A stretch of DNA of 44,096 nucleotides from Paludibacteraceae bacterium (lineage in GTDB: Bacteria; Bacillota; Negativicutes; Veillonellales; Dialisteraceae). The stretch covers positions 1 to 44,096 of the forward strand of contig CAVBRV010000001.1 of NCBI GenBank assembly GCA_963597965.1, written 5' to 3'. Position numbers and translations under genes: made by a program. Under the pieces are notes generated by a model that was not told the DNA's origin, made no database searches, and saw nothing but the letters and a program-made list of their open reading frames with translations. Shown here in pieces: positions 39,243 to 44,096 of the stretch (the first letter of the stretch is position 1; every line of letters starts with the position of its first letter).

Positions 39243-39487
39243 GAGTTAGAAGTTACAAGTGAGAAGTGATGGTAGTTGCGTCACGATGGAGTGAATAACA
39301 TTGGCATTCATTCCGCTTGTGCAGCCCCCTCTTGTGTTCTCCCCCAAAGGGGGAGATAAATAAGGTATAAACCTATTTACGCATCAAATGAAATAGCGCC
39401 GCATAAAATTTAAAATATTGGCTTTGCTTTATGAATTGTGCAAAGCCTACCACCATTCCTCATTTCTCATTCCTAATTCCTCATTGC
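39243..39487. repeat. Composite repeat in the fabH-fabD gap: heptamer tails, a family-D half, a REP remnant and an intact GTAG-hairpin
   Basis: CCCCCTCTTGTGTTCTCCCCCAAAGGGGGAGA (~39325-39357); GCATCAAATGAAATAGCGCCGC; GGCTTTGC-N12-GCAAAGCCTAC (39420-39450). Confidence 0.7.
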
Positions 39488-39489
39488 CT

Positions 39490-40482
39490 TTAAAACCATT
39501 TCATCACATCGCAGCCCCAGGTGAGACCGGCGCCGAAGCCGGTGAGGACTACGTAATCACCGTGTTTCACGCGGCCGGCACGGACCACTTCGTCCAGCGC
39601 AATGCCTACGGAAGCAGCAGATGTATTGCCATAACGATCCACATTGACGTACATGTGCTCCGGTGGAAGGCCCAGACGTTTTGCGATAGCCTGGATGATA
39701 CGGTTATTTGCCTGATGGGCGATGAACATATTGATGTCTTCTTTGGTAATGCCTGCCATGTCCAAGGTTTTCAGCGTGGTGGCACCCATATGACGGACAG
39801 CGGCTTTGAATACTTCCGGTCCTTCCATGTGAATATAAATACGACCAGAATCGATAGCGCGATGGGTCACTGGTTCTGCGACACCACTAGCAGGGATGTT
39901 CAGAATTTTCCCTAAGCTCCCATCACTGCCCAGGTCGGAAGCCAGAAGACCATAGCCCTCTTCCACTTCGCCAATCACAGCAGCGCCAGCGCCATCGCCG
40001 AAAAGAATGCAAGTGCCCCGGTCTTCCCAGTTCACCAGGCGAGACAGGATTTCGGCCCCGATGATGAGGATGTGCTTGTACATGCCCGCTTTCACCAGGT
40101 TCGATGCCAGTGCTACGGCATAAATATAGCCAGAGCAGCCAGCGGAAATATCCATAGCCCCTGCATGCTTGCAGCCCAGTTTATCCTGCACCATGCAAGC
40201 CGTCGACGGCACCACATAGTCAGGAGAAGCGGTAGCTACGATGATGTAATCAATATCATCGGGTGTCACCTTCGCCATGTCCATGGCATTCTTCGCCGCT
40301 TCCACACAAAGGTCAGAGGTGGTCTGATTCTTCGCCGCGATGTGTCTGGTTTCGATACCCGTGCGGGTCCGAATCCATTCATCGCTGGTATCTACCATTT
40401 TTTCAAGATCCGCATTGGAGAGAATCTTGTCCGGCGCATAATGGCCGGTACCCAAGATTCCTGCGGAGCGTAGTTCACTCAT
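39490..40482 (-). CDS. fabH: 3-oxoacyl-ACP synthase III
   Basis: DTSDEWIRTRTGI, AGCSGY, LFGDGAGA, HQAN.RI, YGNTSAAS and GFGAGLTWG motifs. Confidence 0.97.
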   Translation of the reverse strand: MSELRSAGILGTGHYAPDKILSNADLEKMVDTSDEWIRTRTGIETRHIAAKNQTTSDLCVEAAKNAMDMAKVTPDDIDYIIVATASPDYVVPSTACMVQDKLGCKHAGAMDISAGCSGYIYAVALASNLVKAGMYKHILIIGAEILSRLVNWEDRGTCILFGDGAGAAVIGEVEEGYGLLASDLGSDGSLGKILNIPASGVAEPVTHRAIDSGRIYIHMEGPEVFKAAVRHMGATTLKTLDMAGITKEDINMFIAHQANNRIIQAIAKRLGLPPEHMYVNVDRYGNTSAASVGIALDEVVRAGRVKHGDYVVLTGFGAGLTWGCDVMKWF

Positions 40483-40515
40483 ATATGTAATGTGTCCTTT
40501 CTATAGTTTGCTTTT

Positions 40516-40584
40516 GGTAGCTCGTGACTGGTGACTAGTGACTAGTAAATATTTCCAGTCACTAGTCACCAGTCACAAGTCACC
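40516..40584. repeat. Inverted heptamer pair (GTGACTR family) in the plsX-fabH gap
   Basis: TGGTAGCTCGTGACTGGTGACTAGTGACTAG...CCAGTCACTAGTCACCAGTCACAAGTCACC; left arm identical to that at 15628. Confidence 0.9.
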
Positions 40585-40589
40585 ATCAA

Positions 40590-41606
40590 CTATTCGGTTT
40601 TCATCTGCTTCAACGTATCCATCACAATCTGATCCAGATGTTCCCGGCATACGTCTTCTGCCATATGGATGGCATTCTTGATAGCCTTTGCTTTGGAGGC
40701 GCCGTGACAGATGAGAAGCCCGCCCTTGATACCAAGCAACGGCGCACCGCCGTATTCGGCGTAATCCAAACGCTTCACCATGTATTTCTTCAAAGCCGGT
40801 TTTAAAAGAAGGCCTCCGATTTTTGCCAGAATGCCTCCCTTGTACACCGCATCTTTCAAGAGAGAAGCCACCAACTTGCCGGCCCCTTCTCCAAATTTCA
40901 ATACCACATTTCCTGTAAACCCATCGGTGACAATCACGTCAAATTCTCCGGTCATCACGTCGCGGCCTTCTGCATTGCCTGCGAAAGGAATGACAGTCTG
41001 CTGACGAAGAATTTCATTGGCTTCCGCTACCAGAGGGCTGCCTTTGGTCACTTCTTCCCCGATATTGAGAAGTCCGATTTTCGGAGAGGAAATGCCTGCC
41101 ACTTTCGTGGCATAGATATAGCCCAGCAGCGCATTTTGCACGTAAGTTTCCACCTTCGGCTGGGCACTGGCCCCCGAATCAATGAGGTAAGTATATCCCC
41201 CTTTTTGATTGGGAATGGGAGTCAGAATGGCGGGACGTTCGATGCCTTTGATACGACCGATACCCAAAAGACCAGCAGTCACAGCGGCGCCTGTGGAACC
41301 AGGCGCTACCAACGCACCACATTCACCCTGTTTCACCAGGCGAGCTCCCACAGAAACGGACGCATCCTTTTTCTTGCGGTAAGCCATGCCCGGATGTTCA
41401 CCCATTTCGATGACTTCCGATGCATGATGGATTTCAATCAAAGGATTCTGATCTTCCCCATTCTTTTCCAGAATTGAACGAATCTGTGCTTCATCCCCTA
41501 CCAGAACGACGGGAATTTTCCATTCTCTCACCGCCTGAATGGCGCCCAATACAATTTCCAGCGGCGCAAAATCTCCACCCATAGCATCGACAGCTATTTT
41601 TTTCAT
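40590..41606 (-). CDS. plsX: Phosphate acyltransferase
   Basis: IAVDAMGGDFAP, IERPA, LLNIGEE..KG, DGFTGNVVLK.GEG and YGGAPLLG motifs. Confidence 0.97.
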   Translation of the reverse strand: MKKIAVDAMGGDFAPLEIVLGAIQAVREWKIPVVLVGDEAQIRSILEKNGEDQNPLIEIHHASEVIEMGEHPGMAYRKKKDASVSVGARLVKQGECGALVAPGSTGAAVTAGLLGIGRIKGIERPAILTPIPNQKGGYTYLIDSGASAQPKVETYVQNALLGYIYATKVAGISSPKIGLLNIGEEVTKGSPLVAEANEILRQQTVIPFAGNAEGRDVMTGEFDVIVTDGFTGNVVLKFGEGAGKLVASLLKDAVYKGGILAKIGGLLLKPALKKYMVKRLDYAEYGGAPLLGIKGGLLICHGASKAKAIKNAIHMAEDVCREHLDQIVMDTLKQMKTE

Positions 41607-41619
41607 GGGGACGCCTCCC

Positions 41620-42162
41620 TTATTTCAAAATTTCCATAATAAACTTTGCGCGGAACACTTCTTCCTCCCCGGCAAAGAAACTGATATAAATATGCTTTTT
41701 ATTTCCTCTAACCAATACAATACGGCCCTTCATCACCAAAGCAGTCCCTGGTACAACAGGTACTTTATACTTGATATTTCCTACTTGGGTCGATGCAAAG
41801 GACACGCCAGCCAAAGACTCCGCAAAAGAAGCAGCAGCGCCATACAATCTTTCTGCTGATACCATGCCGGCCCCATTGGCCATTTCTTCTCTGGTTTGAA
41901 ATAATCCGACAGCTTTATGTCCCACATCCAAATCAAGAATGCGGATGCCTTCCTGGGTATCGGTCCCATGACCGGCTACCAAGTGTTCCACCCGGTCTCG
42001 CATTTGGGGGATTCTTAAAATCTGTCTATCCAGACGAATCGTTGCAGCGGAGACAGAAAACTTTTCTGCCAGATCCCCATCTGTCAGACATGGATTTTGG
42101 CGAAGTAGATTCTGTACGGCAGTTCGTCTATCATTTTTATCCATTTTCATTTTTCTGCTCAC
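41620..42162 (-). CDS. fapR: Fatty-acid biosynthesis repressor FapR
   Basis: N-terminal HTH NP.LTD.DLAEKFSVS..TIRLDR..L.IP, hot-dog-like C-terminus, first gene before plsX; start uncertain (GTG 42171 or 42162, or ATG 42150). Confidence 0.88.
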   Translation of the reverse strand: MSRKMKMDKNDRRTAVQNLLRQNPCLTDGDLAEKFSVSAATIRLDRQILRIPQMRDRVEHLVAGHGTDTQEGIRILDLDVGHKAVGLFQTREEMANGAGMVSAERLYGAAASFAESLAGVSFASTQVGNIKYKVPVVPGTALVMKGRIVLVRGNKKHIYISFFAGEEEVFRAKFIMEILK

Positions 42163-42164
42163 TT

Positions 42165-42181
42165 TTATCACCTGCTGATAA
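42165..42181. promoter_or_regulatory. 17-bp palindrome, candidate FapR operator 1
   Basis: TTATCACCTGCTGATAA at the fapR 5' end. Confidence 0.6.
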
Positions 42182-42407
42182 TACTATATCACAAGTCGTC
42201 AAGTTCTGCATCTAGGGAAATGGGAAACTTTTCGCAAATGGAAATATATCATTTGAATGATACCGATAATTTCACTGTTGTTAGTTGTTTGTTGTTGGTT
42301 CTTGGGGGAACTAACAACAAACAACTAACAACTAACAACCATGCCACCATTCCATCTATGCCCCTCCCAAATCGCCCTATTTCACGAGCAATTTTAATCA
42401 CTAACTT

Positions 42408-42424
42408 TTATCACCAGGTGATAT
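42408..42424. promoter_or_regulatory. 17-bp palindrome, candidate FapR operator 2
   Basis: TTATCACCAGGTGATAT, preceded like operator 1 by ACTT. Confidence 0.55.
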
Positions 42425-42482
42425 TTAAAACGGTATAAATTGTTTGTTTAAGAAAAATTCCAACACTTTTTCAAAATTATCA

Positions 42483-42511
42483 TTGACTTATTTCATGACT
42501 TAGCATAAACT
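42483..42511 (+). promoter_or_regulatory. Putative sigma-A promoter of the FabX/FabK-like gene
   Basis: TTGACT-17bp-TAAACT. Confidence 0.55.
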
Positions 42512-42578
42512 ACAGTAAATACAGGATATATGACATTTGAAAATTTGTCAAACGATATTTTGAAAGTGTATTATTAAA

Positions 42579-42748
42579 GTAGGCAGTTAGCCGTAAGCAG
42601 TTGGCAGTGTACCGCCAGTGCATCACTCTCAATGTTATTGGGTGGCTGGTAGACTAGTGACTGGTGACTGGTGACTAGGAAAAAGCGTAGCCCAGTCACT
42701 AGTCACTAGTCACCATATACTGCCAACCGCTAACTGCTAACTGCCTAC
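42579..42748. repeat. Nested inverted heptamer pairs: a GCAGTTR pair enclosing a GTGACTR pair
   Basis: GTAGGCAGTTAGCCGTAAGCAGTTGGCAG...[GACTAGTGACTGGTGACTGG...CCAGTCACTAGTCACTAGTC]...CTGCCAACCGCTAACTGCTAACTGCCTAC. Confidence 0.88.
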
Positions 42749-42766
42749 TTACCAAGGAGAACAATT

Positions 42767-43822
42767 ATGAACTTACCGAAATTACACATTGGAAATCTGA
42801 CCGCTGACGTACCGATCGTACAGGGCGGCATGGGCATCGGCGTCAGCCTGTCCGGCCTCGCCAGTGCGGTGGCAAATGAAGGCGGCGTGGGCGTCATTTC
42901 TGCTGCCAACATCGGCTTCAATGAACCCGATTTCCGTACCCATACCATCGACGCCAACCTCAGGGCCATCAAAGAACAACTTCGCATTGCCAAAGAAAAA
43001 GCCAAACGCGGCATCATCGGCATGAACATTATGTGGAAAGGCCAAAACTACGAAGACTATGCTCGCTGCGCTGCCGAAAACGGGGCAGACATCATTTTCT
43101 CCGGTGCCGGCCTCCCCGCCGACCTCCCGGCTTGCGTCGAAGGAACCGATACGAAAATCGCCCCCATCGTAGGCTCCCCGAAAGCAGCCCGCGTCATTTT
43201 GAAACTTTGGGATCGCCACCATCATCGCACCGCCGATATGGTAGTCATCGAAGGACCAAAAGCCGGCGGACACCTGGGATATACCAGAGAACAAGTCAAA
43301 GAACACGAACACGACGGCTACGAAAAAGAAATCAGCGAAATTCTAGCGGTGGTCAAAGAATTTGAAGAGAAATTCCAGAAAAAAATTCCCGTTGTCTTCG
43401 GCGGTGGTGTATTTGACAAAAAAGACATCCAGCACTACCTCTCCCTGGGACTGTCGGGTGTACAAATGGCAACCCGTTTCGTAGCGACCAAAGAATGTGA
43501 CGCTTCGGACGCTTTCAAAAATATGTACGTCAACGCCAAGAAAGAAGACGTCACCATCGTACAGAGCCCCGTCCATATGCCGGGCCGCGCCCTCTTGAAC
43601 CCATTCACCTGCGCCATCCGCCAGCATCGCATCCCGCCGATGAATTGCTTCCACTGCCTGAAAACCTGCGACCCCCGCACCACCCCCTACTGCATCACCA
43701 TGGCCCTCATTCGCGCTGTCAAAGGCGATGTAGACCACGGCCTGGTCTTCTGCGGTGCCAATGCATGGAAAATCAATAAAATTGTGTCCGTCCATGATTT
43801 GATTCATGAATTGACGGATTGA
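42767..43822 (+). CDS. Nitronate-monooxygenase-family flavoprotein, FabX/FabK-like, with a C-terminal Cys cluster
   Basis: PIVQGGMGIGVS, EGPKAGGHLG, GVQMATRF and CFHCLKTC......YCI motifs; AAGGAG SD; divergent from the fapR operon. Confidence 0.85.
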   Translation: MNLPKLHIGNLTADVPIVQGGMGIGVSLSGLASAVANEGGVGVISAANIGFNEPDFRTHTIDANLRAIKEQLRIAKEKAKRGIIGMNIMWKGQNYEDYARCAAENGADIIFSGAGLPADLPACVEGTDTKIAPIVGSPKAARVILKLWDRHHHRTADMVVIEGPKAGGHLGYTREQVKEHEHDGYEKEISEILAVVKEFEEKFQKKIPVVFGGGVFDKKDIQHYLSLGLSGVQMATRFVATKECDASDAFKNMYVNAKKEDVTIVQSPVHMPGRALLNPFTCAIRQHRIPPMNCFHCLKTCDPRTTPYCITMALIRAVKGDVDHGLVFCGANAWKINKIVSVHDLIHELTD

Positions 43823-43831
43823 TGGATATGC

Positions 43832-43872
43832 AAAAAGCCTGAACAAAGTGAAATTGCTTTGTTCAGGCTTTT
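43832..43872 (+). terminator. Terminator after the FabX/FabK-like gene
   Basis: AAAAAGCCTGAACAAAG-loop-CTTTGTTCAGGCTTTTT. Confidence 0.85.
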
Positions 43873-44001
43873 TGGTTGTTGGTTGTTGGTTGTTGGTTGT
43901 TGGTTAGAGTCCAACAACTAATAAGTCAAACTTCCCACCCGTAAAATGATGATTCATTTCGATACGATCAAGGAAATATGAACTTATGGTAGCTCCGAAG
44001 T

Positions 44002-44096
44002 CGTCATTTCGACCGGTCGTATTTGTACAAAGTGATGATACAGAAATAAATAGATTTGTGTCCCTGAGTGGAGAAATCTCTTCAGCACTAGCGGTA
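44002..44096. repeat. Family-B arm (variant subfamily) at the window edge
   Basis: Reverse complement of ~19618-19697 with only two differences by my alignment. Confidence 0.88.

Noticed and set aside
37530..39269. Long antisense ORFs (579 aa here; also 141-1157, 2204-3208, 28696-29994, 35299-36684)
   Set aside because: They lie opposite well-recognised housekeeping genes and show no motifs; typical shadow ORFs caused by codon bias
1..44096. Autonomous transposase, integrase, prophage, defence system, tRNA or rRNA genes
   Set aside because: None recognised in the ORF track or the sequence

Overview
A core-genome window from an anaerobic Firmicute, probably a Negativicute (Dialister/Veillonellaceae-like; inferred from protein sequences and gene order). 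It carries glmU-prs-pth, a peptidoglycan-binding/3D protein, an alanine:cation symporter, a hisZGDC-(GNAT)-BHAF-IE operon, a broken hypothetical gene, a UgtP/MGDG-synthase-like glycosyltransferase, a gamma-carbonic-anhydrase-like protein, lysA, three tandem amino-acid-binding lipoproteins, yerC/hisR plus a phosphomannomutase, a SAM-I riboswitch with metNIQ, fapR-plsX-fabH-fabD-fabG-acpP-fabF-rnc, and a divergent FabX/FabK-like flavoprotein. The genes are ordinary; the intergenic DNA is not. Coding density is only about 71% by my summed gene lengths. Almost every gap, including gaps inside operons, is filled with nested palindromic modules: heptamer arrays in inverted pairs, GTRG-hairpin REP-like units paired as REPIN-like doublets with covarying stems, a ~193-bp GTCATTTCGACCG palindrome, a ~240-bp TCCCC/GGGGA element, a 9-mer-armed ~120-bp hairpin, and a 159-bp MITE with a CTAG target duplication. 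No transposase or nuclease is encoded in the window. Candidate HisR, ArgR and variant FapR operators are also visible.
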